DNA of 64,000 nt from an uncultured Holophagales bacterium (lineage in GTDB: Bacteria > Acidobacteriota > Thermoanaerobaculia > Multivoradales > UBA5704). Positions 44,169 through 54,613 of this stretch are shown here, piece by piece (positions within the stretch are counted from its first letter, which is position 1; the number at the start of each line of letters is the position of its first letter). The notes under the pieces are model-generated. The model was not told the origin of the DNA. It searched no databases and saw nothing but the letters and a program-made list of their open reading frames with translations. The stretch spans positions 192,001 through 256,000 of the forward strand of contig CAWJGT010000003.1 of assembly GCA_963842525.1 (NCBI GenBank), in the 5' to 3' direction. The translations under genes were made by a program, and so were the position numbers.

Positions 44169-47100
44169 TTGACCACCGCCGGTGCTCTCCCTCGCTTCGA
44201 AATCGTCGGCCGCCTCGCGGCCGGGGATTCACCTCTATGCCGGGCGCAGGATCTGGCGAACGGGCGCCCGGCGCTCGTCCAGCTCCTGACGCCCGACCGG
44301 GAGGGCGTCGAAGCGCTGGCGCGTTTCCGGCGCGCGGCTCTCGCGGCCTCTTCGCTGGGCCACCCCCACATCGCTCGTCTCGAAGAGGTCGGCGCGGCCG
44401 GCGGCGATCTGTGCCTCGCCCTGGCACCCGCCGCGGGGGAGCCCGAGACCCTGGAGAGCCGCCTCGCGCACGGTTCCCTGGCCCGGGACGAGGCTGTCGG
44501 GCTGGCCGCGCAGATCGCCGCCGGCCTCGCCGAGGCGCACGCCGCCGGGATCGTCCATGGCGACCTGCAGCCCGACCTCGTTCTCTTGACGCCCGAGGGC
44601 GAAGCCAGGATCACCGCCTTCGGCCTCGGCGAGCTGGCCGACGCCGCGGCGCATCCCGGGGCCGCCGCCCCCTACCGGCCGCCCGAGAGGCTCCTCGGCG
44701 CTCCTCCCGACCCGCGGACCGATGTCTGGGCCCTCGGCATCATTCTCTACCGCATGCTGGCCGGGGTGCTCCCGTTCCGCGGTCTCGACGAGCGGGAGAG
44801 GGCCGAGGCCATGCTCCACCTGCGGCCCGACCCTTTGCCGAACCGTGCCTCCCTGCCCGCGGGGCTCGAGGCGGTCGTCCTGCGCGCCCTGGCGCGGCGG
44901 CCGGACGACCGCTATCCCGATGCCCGGACGATGGAGGCCGACCTGCGTGCGGTGGCAGCCGGCGCGGCGGTCGCTCCGCAGTCCGGCTCACGGCCCGATC
45001 TGCAGCCCGATTTACAGCCGACCTTGCTGGAGATCCCCGTGTCCCGCGCGCCGGAGCAGCGCCTGGTCCGGCAGCGGAGCTCCCCGGATCGCCCGGCGGA
45101 CCCGGCTCTCCACGGCGCGCCGTCCTACCGCCTGCTCGAAAAGATCGGCAGCGGCGGCACGGCCGTCGTCTATCGCGCCGAGGACACCCTGCTCGGCCGG
45201 TCCGTGGCGCTCAAGTTCCTCGCTCCCGAGCTGAGCCGCGATCCCGAGTCCAAGGCGCGCTTCCTGCGCGAGGCGCGGGCCGCCTCGGCGCTCGACCATC
45301 CCAATCTCTGTACGATCCACGAGGTGGGCGAGGACGAGGAGGGGCGGGTCTTCCTCGCCATGCCCTGCTACGAGGGAGAAACCCTGCGCGAGCGGCTCGA
45401 ACGGGGCCCGCTGCCGGTCGATCAGGCGCTCGCCATCGCGATCCAGGCGGGCCAGGGGCTCGCCCGCGCCCATCGCCAAGGCATCGTGCACCGCGACGTC
45501 AAGCCGGCAAACCTCATGCTCACCACGGACGGGGTGGTCAAGGTGCTCGACTTCGGCCTCGCCAAGCTGGACGGCGCCGCGCGCATCACCCGCGGGACCG
45601 CTGCCGGGGGCACCCTGGCCTACATGTCGCCGGAGCAGGCGCGGGGCGAGGAGGTGGACGCACGCTCCGACCTCTGGTCGCTCGGCGTGGTCCTCTATGA
45701 AATGGTGACCGGGAGCAAGCCCTTCTCCGGCGACACGCTGCAGGCGGTGCTCGCGGCGATCCAGCGGGCCGAGCCGGAGCCGGTCTCGCGCCTGCGGCCC
45801 GAGGCTCCGACGGAGCTCGACCGGATCCTCGCCCGCCTGCTGGCCAAGGACCCTGCCGGCCGCTATCCCGACGGGGAGAGCGCCGTCGCCGCCCTGCGGG
45901 CGCTGCGCGGTCCCGAGACGGTCTCGGGGCGCCGGCTCCAGGCGCCCGTGCCGCGGCGGCGGCGCTTGTGGCGGACCGCTATGCAAGCGGGAGCGGTGGC
46001 GGCCTTCGTAACGGCCGCCGGCCTGCTGCTTTGGAGCTTCGGCCCGCGGAAGCAGGGCGGCCCGGTGCTGGCGGCGACCTTCACGCCGCTCACGCATGGA
46101 GAGGGCCGCGAGACGTTCCCCAGCCTGGCGCCCGGAGGCGAGTTCTTCGTCTATGTGGCCCCCGACGGAGGGGATCTGGACATCTTCTGGCAGCGGATGG
46201 GCGGCGACAATCCGCTCAACCTCACCGAGGGCTCGCCCTGGGACGACACCCAGCCCGCCGTCTCGCCGGACGGCCAGCAGATCGCCTTCCGCTCCGAGCG
46301 GGAGGGAGGCGGCCTCTTCCTCATGGGGGCCACGGGCGAGTCCGTCCGCCGTCTCGCCGACGCCTGCTTCAACCCCGCCTGGTCGCCGAATGGCCAGGAG
46401 ATCGCCTGCGCGACCGAGGGGATCGCCCATCCCCGTGGGCGGCTCGCGCGCAGCCGGATCTGGCGCATCGAGGTGGCCACCGGGACGCGGCGGCTCGTGG
46501 ACACAGAGGACGGCGTGCAGCCGAGCTGGTCGCCCCGGGGCCGGCGGATCGCCTTCTGGGGGCTCTCCGGCGATTCGGCGCGGCGGGCACTCTGGACCGT
46601 TGCGGTCGACGATGCGGAGGAGGCGGAGGCCAGGGGCGAGCCGGTCCTGGTCCTCGACGACGGAGCCCTCAACTGGAGCCCGGTCTGGTCGCCCGACGGC
46701 GTCTGGCTCTACTTCGCCAGCGACCGAGGCGGCAGCATGAATCTCTGGCGGGTGGCGATCGACGAGGAATCGGGCCGCGTCCGGGGAGAGCCGGAGGCGG
46801 TGATGGCCCCGAACACCGCGAGCGTCCTGCCCAGCCTGACGCGGGACGGCCGCCGCATCGCTTTTGCCGGCGAGTCGGAGAGGTCGCAGCTCGTGCGGGT
46901 GGCTTTCGACCCGCAGAGCCGGCAGGCGGCCGGACCGCTCCAGCCGGTGAGCCAGTGGACCCGCGCGGTCCGCTCGGGCGACGTCTCGCCGGACGGGCGG
47001 TGGATCGTCTTCGACATCTCTGCGCCGCAGGAGGACCTCTTCCTCGTCCGCGTGGACGGAGGCGGCCTGCGCCAGCTCACCGACGACGCCTGGCGCGACC

Positions 47101-47708
47101 GCATGCCCCGCTGGTCGCCCGACGGGCAACGCATCCTCTTCTACTCCGACCGCGGCGGCAAGTACGAGGCGTGGGCCCTTCACGTGGACGGCGGCGAGGC
47201 CGAGCAGCTCACGCGCATCCCCGGCCGGCAGCTCTTCGATCCGATCTGGTCTCCGGACGGCCGGCGGCTGATCTGCGCGCTGGAGTTCCGCGGTCCGTAT
47301 GTGATCGACCTCGCGGAGGCGGGCTCCGCCGCAAGCGAGCCGCGGCCCCTCCTCCCCCTGGACGAGGCGGACGATTTCGCGGTCAGCTCCTGGTCGGCCG
47401 ACGGCCGGCGCCTGGCCGGCTTCGACCGCGCGTCGCGGATCGTCCTCTTCTCCTTCGCCACCGGCCGCCGCGAGGTGCTGCCGGAGACGGGTGAGGAGGT
47501 GGCCTGGCTGCCGGACGGCCGGTCGCTGGCCTTCCTGCGTGACGGGGAGGTCTGGATGCTGGAGGTCGCGACGCGTCGGACGACCCGGGTGCTGGCGCCG
47601 CCCCGGGGCTCCGCCTTCAAGCGGCTCGGCGTGGCCCCCGACGGCCGGTCGCTCTATCTCGTGCAGGTGAGCGAGCAGGGGGACATCGGATTGCTGACGC
47701 TGCCGTAG
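44169..47708 (+). CDS. Receptor Ser/Thr kinase 2: pseudokinase + kinase + TM + TolB-like beta-propeller
   Basis: TTG start. Domain 1 has [15 protein letters not shown]. Domain 2 has [21 protein letters not shown] and DFG. A TM and PD40 repeats follow. Confidence 0.9.
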   Translation: MTTAGALPRFEIVGRLAAGDSPLCRAQDLANGRPALVQLLTPDREGVEALARFRRAALAASSLGHPHIARLEEVGAAGGDLCLALAPAAGEPETLESRLAHGSLARDEAVGLAAQIAAGLAEAHAAGIVHGDLQPDLVLLTPEGEARITAFGLGELADAAAHPGAAAPYRPPERLLGAPPDPRTDVWALGIILYRMLAGVLPFRGLDERERAEAMLHLRPDPLPNRASLPAGLEAVVLRALARRPDDRYPDARTMEADLRAVAAGAAVAPQSGSRPDLQPDLQPTLLEIPVSRAPEQRLVRQRSSPDRPADPALHGAPSYRLLEKIGSGGTAVVYRAEDTLLGRSVALKFLAPELSRDPESKARFLREARAASALDHPNLCTIHEVGEDEEGRVFLAMPCYEGETLRERLERGPLPVDQALAIAIQAGQGLARAHRQGIVHRDVKPANLMLTTDGVVKVLDFGLAKLDGAARITRGTAAGGTLAYMSPEQARGEEVDARSDLWSLGVVLYEMVTGSKPFSGDTLQAVLAAIQRAEPEPVSRLRPEAPTELDRILARLLAKDPAGRYPDGESAVAALRALRGPETVSGRRLQAPVPRRRRLWRTAMQAGAVAAFVTAAGLLLWSFGPRKQGGPVLAATFTPLTHGEGRETFPSLAPGGEFFVYVAPDGGDLDIFWQRMGGDNPLNLTEGSPWDDTQPAVSPDGQQIAFRSEREGGGLFLMGATGESVRRLADACFNPAWSPNGQEIACATEGIAHPRGRLARSRIWRIEVATGTRRLVDTEDGVQPSWSPRGRRIAFWGLSGDSARRALWTVAVDDAEEAEARGEPVLVLDDGALNWSPVWSPDGVWLYFASDRGGSMNLWRVAIDEESGRVRGEPEAVMAPNTASVLPSLTRDGRRIAFAGESERSQLVRVAFDPQSRQAAGPLQPVSQWTRAVRSGDVSPDGRWIVFDISAPQEDLFLVRVDGGGLRQLTDDAWRDRMPRWSPDGQRILFYSDRGGKYEAWALHVDGGEAEQLTRIPGRQLFDPIWSPDGRRLICALEFRGPYVIDLAEAGSAASEPRPLLPLDEADDFAVSSWSADGRRLAGFDRASRIVLFSFATGRREVLPETGEEVAWLPDGRSLAFLRDGEVWMLEVATRRTTRVLAPPRGSAFKRLGVAPDGRSLYLVQVSEQGDIGLLTLP

Positions 47709-47762
47709 GCTATACTTTCCTCGCGATTCATTTCTTCTGTTGGCTTTCGAGGAGGTGGAGCT

Positions 47763-48038
47763 TTGCGCTTCCAGATCCGTGACCTCACGGCCGCTGTCTT
47801 GCCGGCCGACGGCTTGCGCCTGTTTCCCTGCACCTGCCGGGTGTCGGCAGATCCGCCCCCGGAACAGCCCCAGGAAGCGCCAAGACCGCGGCCCCGTCCG
47901 CAGCCGGGTCGCGTTCCGCCCTGCCGGGGCTCCAACGCACCCACCGACGACTGTCCGCACCCCGGGGACGACTCCGAGAGGCAGGCTGGGCTCGCGCTGC
48001 TGAAGCGCCAGCTCCGCGCGGCTCTTGAGGCGCGGTAG
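47763..48038 (+). CDS. Putative RiPP precursor B (91 aa)
   Basis: GGAGGT RBS with a TTG start, MRFQIRDL leader, a core with four Cys (PCTCRVS, PPCRGS, DDC), and follower GLALLKRQLRAAL. Confidence 0.8.
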   Translation: MRFQIRDLTAAVLPADGLRLFPCTCRVSADPPPEQPQEAPRPRPRPQPGRVPPCRGSNAPTDDCPHPGDDSERQAGLALLKRQLRAALEAR

Positions 48039-48083
48039 CCGCCCGCGCCGGAGCGCTCTACTTCCGTCCGGGACACTGGCTCA

Positions 48084-50693
48084 TTGATCGGCAGCACCTT
48101 CTCCCGCTACGAGATCCTCGACGCGCTCGGCAGCGGGGGGATGGGAGTCGTCTGGCTGGCCGAGGACACCCGCCTCGGCCGCAAGGTCGCCCTCAAGCTG
48201 CTGGCGCCCGAGCTGACGCGCGACCCGGCGGCCAAGGCCCGCTTCCTCCAGGAGGCCCAGGCCGCGTCGTCGCTCGACCACCCCAACATCTGCACGATCT
48301 ACGACGTCGGCGAGACCGAGAACTGCCAGGTCTACCTCGCCATGCCCTCCTACGAGGGCGAGACGCTCAAGGCGCGGATCGCGCGCGGCCCCCTCTCCGT
48401 CGACGGCGCCGTGGACATCGCCCTGCAGGTCGCCAAGGGCCTGGCCAAGGCGCACCGGCAGGGGATCGTGCACTGCGACGTCAAGCCGGCGAACCTGATG
48501 ATCACCGCCGACGGGGTGGTCAAGATCCTCGATTTCGGGGTTGCCCGGCTGGCCGGGCCTGCGGGCAGCGGCACGGAGTCCCATCCCACGGGCGCCGTGG
48601 GCACGCCGGCCTACATGGCGCCCGAGCAGGTGCGCGGCGAGGAGGTGGACCCGCGCACCGACCTCTGGTCCCTGGGCGTAGTCCTCTACGAGATGCTGGC
48701 CGGCCGCCGGCCGTTCACCGGCGAGCGCGACCTGATGGTGCTCCATGCGATCCTCACGTCCCGGCCGGCACCGCTCTCCCGCGCCTGTCCCGAAGCACCG
48801 CCGGAGCTGGAGCGGATCGTCGTCCGCCTGCTGGCGCGCGATCCGGAGAGCCGTTACCCCGACGCGGAGAGCTTGCTCGCCGACCTGCGCCGCCTGACGG
48901 GGCCGGACACCGGCGCCTTTCCTGCGCCGTCGTGGCTGCCGCGGGGCCGCACCCTGCGGCGTGCGGCCGGGCTGGCCCTCGCCCTCGCGGTGGTGCTCGC
49001 CGGCGTCTATCTCTCCCTCTGGGGGGAGATCACGCCTCCTCGTGCCGCGCCCGAAATGGGCGTCATCCGCCTGACCAACCAGCCGGGGGTCGAGTCGTTC
49101 CCCAGCCTCTCTCCGCAGGGCGATTTCTTCGTCTACGCCCGGTCGATCGAGGGCGATACGAACATCTACCGGCAACGCGTCGCCGCGGAAGCCATTCCGG
49201 TCGACCTGACCGCGGGCTCCCCGTACGACGACACGCAGCCCGCCTGGTCGCCCGACGGCAAGCGGATCGCCTTCCGCTCGGACCGCGCCGGCGGCGGCAT
49301 CTTTCTTATGGGGCCGAACGGTGAGGAGGTGAGCCGCCTCACCGGCTTCGGCTACAACCCGGCCTGGTCTCCGGACGGCCGGGAGATCCTGTTCACCTCC
49401 GAGCCGGTCGACGATCCGGGCGGACGGATCTCCCGCAGCCACATCTGGCGCGTCGAGGTGGCGACCGGGCTCAAACGGCTCCTCGTCGAGCGCGACGGCA
49501 TGCAGCCGAGCTGGTCGCCCAGTGGAAAGCGCATCGCGTACTGGAGCCTCCGTCCCGGGAGCACGGGCCGGGTCCTCTGGACCATTTCAGCTTCCGGCGG
49601 CGAGCCCGTGGAAGCTATTGCGGACGACTTCATCAACTGGAGCCCGGTCTGGTCGCCCGATGGGCGCTGGCTCTATTTCGCCAGCGACCGCAGCGGCAGC
49701 ATGAACCTCTGGCGGATCCGGATCGACGAGCGGAGCGGCCAGGTGCAGGGGAAGCCTGAAGCGATCACCACCCCTTCGCCTTGGAGCGGTCCACTGAGCA
49801 TCAGCCAGGACGGCCGGCGGATCCTCTTCGCGGTCCGCAACACGGCGCGGAGCCTGGAACGGATCGCCCTGGACCCGGCGGGTCCCCGCGTCGTGGGACG
49901 GCCGCAGCCTGTCGTCCGGAAAGCGCTTCCGATCGCGTTCGGCAAGGCTTCTCCGGACGGCCAGTGGATCGTCTTCAGCACCCTGCCCCCACACGAGGAG
50001 CTGTTCGTCGTCCGGCCGGACGGCAGCGGCCTCCGCCAGCTCACCCAGGACGCCTATCGCAACCGCGGGCCAGGTTGGCTGCCCGACGGCCGGATCGTCT
50101 TCTTCTCGGACCGGGGGGGCCGCTTCGGCGCCTGGGCAGTCCGGCGCGACGGCACCGGCCGCCCGGAGCCGGTCGCCGCCAACCGCGGCGAGCCGATCCA
50201 CAATCCTCTCGCCTCTCCGGACGGCCTCTGGCTCGCCTGTACTGTCAACTTCCTCAATGCGGCCCTCATCGACCTTGCGCTGCCAATGGAGCAGCGGATC
50301 CCGGAGTCGCTCCCCTCGCCGATCCCCGGCACGACCTTCTTCCCCAGCTCGTGGTCTCCCGACAGCGGACAGCTCCTCGGAGAGGTCCAGGGCCGCGGCA
50401 TCTTCACCTTCTCGCTCGCCACCCGCGAGTTCCAGCGGCTGGCCGGCCGCGGCACGCTGCCGGCCTGGACGAGCCAGGGACAGAGGATCCTGTTCACGGA
50501 CGAGGGCAGGATCTTCGCGCTCGACGTGCCCACAGGAGGACGGGGTGCGGCAGGACGCCGGCGCGAGCTGTACGCGCCGCCGGAGTCGTCGACCTTGACG
50601 GCCTTCGACGTGAGCCCGGACGATCGGACCCTCTACGTCGTGCAGAAGCCGGCCGAGGGAGATGTCTGGATGCTCACGTTCGGCGGATTTTAA
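48084..50693 (+). CDS. Receptor Ser/Thr kinase 3: single non-RD kinase + TM + TolB-like beta-propeller
   Basis: GSGGMGVVW, VALK, HCDVKPAN and DFG; TM AAGLALALAVVLAGVYLSLW; PD40 repeats. Confidence 0.92.
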   Translation: MIGSTFSRYEILDALGSGGMGVVWLAEDTRLGRKVALKLLAPELTRDPAAKARFLQEAQAASSLDHPNICTIYDVGETENCQVYLAMPSYEGETLKARIARGPLSVDGAVDIALQVAKGLAKAHRQGIVHCDVKPANLMITADGVVKILDFGVARLAGPAGSGTESHPTGAVGTPAYMAPEQVRGEEVDPRTDLWSLGVVLYEMLAGRRPFTGERDLMVLHAILTSRPAPLSRACPEAPPELERIVVRLLARDPESRYPDAESLLADLRRLTGPDTGAFPAPSWLPRGRTLRRAAGLALALAVVLAGVYLSLWGEITPPRAAPEMGVIRLTNQPGVESFPSLSPQGDFFVYARSIEGDTNIYRQRVAAEAIPVDLTAGSPYDDTQPAWSPDGKRIAFRSDRAGGGIFLMGPNGEEVSRLTGFGYNPAWSPDGREILFTSEPVDDPGGRISRSHIWRVEVATGLKRLLVERDGMQPSWSPSGKRIAYWSLRPGSTGRVLWTISASGGEPVEAIADDFINWSPVWSPDGRWLYFASDRSGSMNLWRIRIDERSGQVQGKPEAITTPSPWSGPLSISQDGRRILFAVRNTARSLERIALDPAGPRVVGRPQPVVRKALPIAFGKASPDGQWIVFSTLPPHEELFVVRPDGSGLRQLTQDAYRNRGPGWLPDGRIVFFSDRGGRFGAWAVRRDGTGRPEPVAANRGEPIHNPLASPDGLWLACTVNFLNAALIDLALPMEQRIPESLPSPIPGTTFFPSSWSPDSGQLLGEVQGRGIFTFSLATREFQRLAGRGTLPAWTSQGQRILFTDEGRIFALDVPTGGRGAAGRRRELYAPPESSTLTAFDVSPDDRTLYVVQKPAEGDVWMLTFGGF

Positions 50694-50820
50694 TATATAA
50701 TACTTCATGGTAACCGCGGCATCGACCTCGTTTCCGTCCCCTTCGCCCGGGTGGGGCCTGGGACGAGGCCCGTGCGCTTCCCACGAGGACATCAGTGACA
50801 AGGAGACAAAGGAGGACACA

Positions 50821-50997
50821 ATGAGCTTCAAGTCGAGAGATCTATCGGTGCAGGTCGGCCCGGACGAGGGTATCGACACACCCTGCTGCCCGTGCCGGAG
50901 CACCGGGGACGAGTGGCTGGGCAGCCCGGGCGGCTCCCAGTTGGACGACCTGCGGCAGCGGCTTCGTGCTGCTGTGCAAGCCGAGTCCCGGCAGTAA
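50821..50997 (+). CDS. Putative RiPP precursor C (58 aa)
   Basis: AAGGAGG RBS with ATG at 50821: MSFKSRDLSVQVGPDEGIDTPCCPCRSTGDEWLGSPGGSQLDDLRQRLRAAVQAESRQ. Confidence 0.82.
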   Translation: MSFKSRDLSVQVGPDEGIDTPCCPCRSTGDEWLGSPGGSQLDDLRQRLRAAVQAESRQ

Positions 50998-51032
50998 CGA
51001 TCGGCGGAGCTCTTCTGGAGATCTAGCGGGCG

Positions 51033-52232
51033 GTGGATATCCTGACGCGCGACTTCCGGGCAAATCCCCGCTTCGAGCTTGTTTTGTTTGACCGCCTTCC
51101 ACGAGAGGAGCGCCGGGCGCTGGCGGACCTGGCGCGAGAGCCTGGTTTCTATGGCGTGTTGCGGCCCGGTGACGGCAGCAGCGGCAGCGGTCTGGGCCTC
51201 AAGTCGGTGGACCGCGACACGGCGCTCCTCTTCCTCACCCTGCGTGAGCCGGGCCCCCTTCCTTCCTACGTCTGCTCCCAACTGGGCGCGGCGGCCTTGC
51301 GGACCGTCGTCGGCCGGCTGGTCGCCGACGGCGTGCTGGAGGTGGAGAGCGGGGGGGCCTTCCTGTCCGGCGCGGCGGCCTTCGAGCTCCTTGCCGAGGG
51401 CGCGGCGCGGTCCGCGACCTCTGGCGGGAGCGGCCGGCTCGCGGAGCTGTCTCTCGCGGCGCTCCGCTACGGCCAGGCGCTCGCCGTGGACGATCCGCTG
51501 CTCCTCTCCTGGCGCCTCTACTGCTTCCACCGCCGGCCCCTGACCCCGGCCTGGAAGCGGCTCCTGCCCGCGGCCGAGGCGGTCGAGGCGCACCTGGGGA
51601 TTGCGCCTGGGGGAGGGGCCCGCCGGCTTCTCGACCGGAGCTGGTCGCGGACGGCCCCGGTCGAGGGGTGGCTGAGCTGGCGCGCGCGCGCCCGGCGGGC
51701 CGCCGGTCCCGCCGCATCCTCCGCTGCGGAGGGACCCACCTGGAAGCTCTATGTCAGCCCGGTGCCCGAGGCCCTGGCCGCGTCCTTCGGGGAGATTCTG
51801 GAGGCCCTCACCGCGGCGCGTGCCGATCAGTTCAAGGTCGGCGCGGATGCGGCCGGGCTGCTCCGCCCGGACAAGATCGTCGCCTATTTCCCGAGCTTCG
51901 AGCGTCTCGCCGCGGCGGCGGAGACCCTCGCCGGGCGGCTCGCGGGAGCCCCGGCCCACGGCGTTCCCTTCACCTCCGAGATTGGCGGCGGAGGCCTCCT
52001 CTCCTGGGGTGTGGACCCGCCGCGGTCGCAGAGGACCTGGAGCGAGGGGGAGAGCTGGCGGCTCTGGCTGACCCACCGGCTGGCGCGGGCGCTGCTGGCC
52101 GCCCGCGTCCAGTCCGCCGATACAAGCGTTGATCCCGCCGCCGAGCCCTGGCGCTTCGCCCTGGAGCGCGTGCGCCTGGAAGGGGTCGACACCGCGACCT
52201 GGACGCCGGGTGCGCTCCTCTGGAAGGGCTGA
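51033..52232 (+). CDS. HopA1/LanY-like phosphoSer/Thr lyase with an N-terminal RRE-like (winged-helix) domain
   Basis: WKLYVSP...FKV...RPDKIVAYF...GVPFT...SWGVDPP...ESWR resembles HopA1-family and LanL-type lyase motifs. The N-terminus ends in RLVADGVLE. Confidence 0.7.
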   Translation: MDILTRDFRANPRFELVLFDRLPREERRALADLAREPGFYGVLRPGDGSSGSGLGLKSVDRDTALLFLTLREPGPLPSYVCSQLGAAALRTVVGRLVADGVLEVESGGAFLSGAAAFELLAEGAARSATSGGSGRLAELSLAALRYGQALAVDDPLLLSWRLYCFHRRPLTPAWKRLLPAAEAVEAHLGIAPGGGARRLLDRSWSRTAPVEGWLSWRARARRAAGPAASSAAEGPTWKLYVSPVPEALAASFGEILEALTAARADQFKVGADAAGLLRPDKIVAYFPSFERLAAAAETLAGRLAGAPAHGVPFTSEIGGGGLLSWGVDPPRSQRTWSEGESWRLWLTHRLARALLAARVQSADTSVDPAAEPWRFALERVRLEGVDTATWTPGALLWKG

Positions 52233-52238
52233 TCCACG

Positions 52239-54606
52239 ATGGCCATCACCGACCCCCTGGTGCTGTCTCCGGACCTGCTCCTGGTGCCGGTTGTCGACCT
52301 GCCGGAGGAGGTGCGCGCCCGCTTCGAGCATGACGAAGGGGACGTCGCGGTCACCCATCCGCGCTCGCGGACGCCCTCCCGCATCCTCGACGCGCGCTCG
52401 GCCGAGCTGCTGGAGCAGTTCCGTACGCCGCGGACGATCGTCGAGGCGGTGATCCACTTCAGCCGCGCGCGCGAGGCCGACCCCGAATCCACGCTGGAGG
52501 AGGCCTTCCCGCTTCTGCAGCGTCTCCTCGATTCCGGGTTCCTGGTCCCCGAGGGGAGCGACGAGGCGGCGGGCGTCCATCCCGCGCTGGCGCCGGGGGA
52601 GGAGGTCGCCGGGTATGAGGTTTTCGAGTGCGTGCAGGGGCTGGAGGACACCGAGCTCTACCAGGTGCGAAGGCCGGCCGGGCTCGCGGCCCTCAAGATC
52701 GAGCGCCCGGCCGCGGCAGGCCGGCGCGCGGAGCTCTTTGCCCGGGAGGAGGCGATCCTGGCGCACCTCGGTGGGGAAGGGACCCCCCGCCTCCTCGCGG
52801 CCGGAGAGCTCGACGGCCGGCGTTGGATCGTGCTCGAGTGGTGCCTCGGCGTCGACGCCGCAACCGCCGCCCTGGAGCTGCGCCAGCGCGGCGAGGCCGG
52901 CCGGCCCGGGTTGCTGGCGCTCTGCCGGGGGATCGCCGCGGCCTATGCGCGGCTCCACGAGAGGGGGGTGGTCCACGGCGACGTCCACCCGCGCAATGTC
53001 CTGGTGGGACGGGACGGCGCCGTGCGGCTGCTCGACTTCGGGTACTCGCTCTGGGACGGCGGCGCCGCGGAGATCGCCCGGCCCGGGCGCGCGGGCGTGG
53101 CCTTCTTCTACGAGCCCGAGTATGCCGCGGCGGTGCGGGCGGACCGGCCGTACCCGGCAGCCTCCACGGCTGGGGAGCAGCACGCGGTGGCGGCTCTCCT
53201 CTACCTGCTTCTGACCGGTGCCCACTACCGCGACTTCTCCCTCGAACGGCAGGAGATGCAGCGGCAGATCGCCGAAGAGCCGCCTCTCCACTTCGCGGAG
53301 CGCGGCGCGGAGCCCTGGCCGGAGGTGGAGGCGGTCCTGGCGCGCGCCCTGCGCAAGGTGCCCGAGGAGCGGTTCTCTTCCCTGGCCGATCTGGCCTCCG
53401 CGCTCGCGGAGGTGGAGGTCCTGCCCGTCCCTGTCCGGGGTCCGGCGTCCGAAAGCCGCGAGGCCGAAGACCTGCTCGACCGCTTCCTGGAGCGCGCGGG
53501 TGAGGGGGGCTCGCTCTTCGTCGCCGGGCTCCCCAGGGCGCCGACCGCGTCGGTCATGTATGGGGCCGCGGGGGTCGCCTGTGCGGTCTACCGGATCGCG
53601 CTGTCCCGGGAGGACGCGTCTCTCCTCGCCCTGGCTGACATCTGGGCGGAGAGGGCTGCTGCAGCTTCCGGCTCGGAGGATGCCTTCTACAACCCGGAGA
53701 TCGGGATCGACTCCGGGACCGTGGGGGAGAATTCCGTCTACCACACCGCTGCCGGGGTCCACGCGGTCCGCGCCCTGGTCGCCCATGCCCTCGGCGTGTC
53801 CGGCATTCAGGCTGCGGCCGTCCGGGCCTTCCTGGCCGAAGCGCGGCGGCCCTGTCCCCAGATCGACCTCGGCTTCGGCCGTTCGGGCTTCCTCCTGGCC
53901 GGCTCCCTGCTGCGCGACACGCTCCGGCCGGACCCTGCCGGCCCGCGCGCCGAGCTGACCGCCTGGGGCGAGGAGGTCCTGCGCGGCCTGTGGCGCGAGC
54001 TCGACCGGCTGCCTCCGGTGGCGGACCCGCGGCGGCCGGCCGGCCTGGGGGTGGCGCACGGCTGGGCCGGCCACGTCTATGCCGCGCTCCGCTGGTGCCG
54101 CTCGGCGGACACGCCCTTGCCCGCCCGTCTCGAAGAGCGGCTCGCCGGCCTTGCGGAGCAGGCGCGTCCCTGGGGGAGAGGGTTGCGCTGGCGCTGGCCC
54201 GGCGCGCCGGACGGGTCCCTCAGCATGCCCGGCTGGTGCAACGGCAGCGCGGGGTTTCGTCTTCCTCGGCACCCTCGCCGCGGAGATGCTGGGGGAGCCC
54301 CGCTACCGCCAGCTCGCCGAAGGGGCGGCCTGGAACGCCTGGGAGGCATCCGACCGCAACTGGAGCCTCTGCTGCGGCCTGGCCGGCCGCGCCTGGTCCC
54401 TCCTCCATCTCGCGCGGCACGGCGGCGGCCCGGAGTGGCTGGAGCGCGCCCGCCTCCTCGCCAACCGCGCGGCCCGTGAGGTCGCCCGCGGCGTCGAATC
54501 GCCCGACAGCCTCTATAAGGGAGAACCCGGCATCGCCGCCCTGGCCGCCGACCTCGCCCGCCCGGAGGCGGCAGCCATGCCCTTCTTCGAGGAGGAGGGG
54601 TGGTGA
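52239..54606 (+). CDS. RRE-like + Ser/Thr kinase + LanC-like lanthionine cyclase fusion (frameshift near 54255)
   Basis: Kinase motifs ALKIE, HGDVHPRN and DFG; LanC motifs MYGAAG, GVAHGWAG, GWCNGSAG, SLCCGLAG and SLYKGEPG. Confidence 0.85.
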
Positions 54607-54613
54607 CCGAGGG

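Noticed and set aside
50707-50820. Longer 96-aa version of peptide C
   Set aside because: The strong AAGGAGG RBS and the conserved MxFxxRDL motif put the start at 50821.
49587-54272. 1561-aa minus-strand ORF and the other long antisense or alternate-frame ORFs (e.g. 38271..42584, 45012..47960, 8262..10769)
   Set aside because: These are Arg/Pro/Ala-rich shadows of well-supported genes, as expected at about 70% GC.
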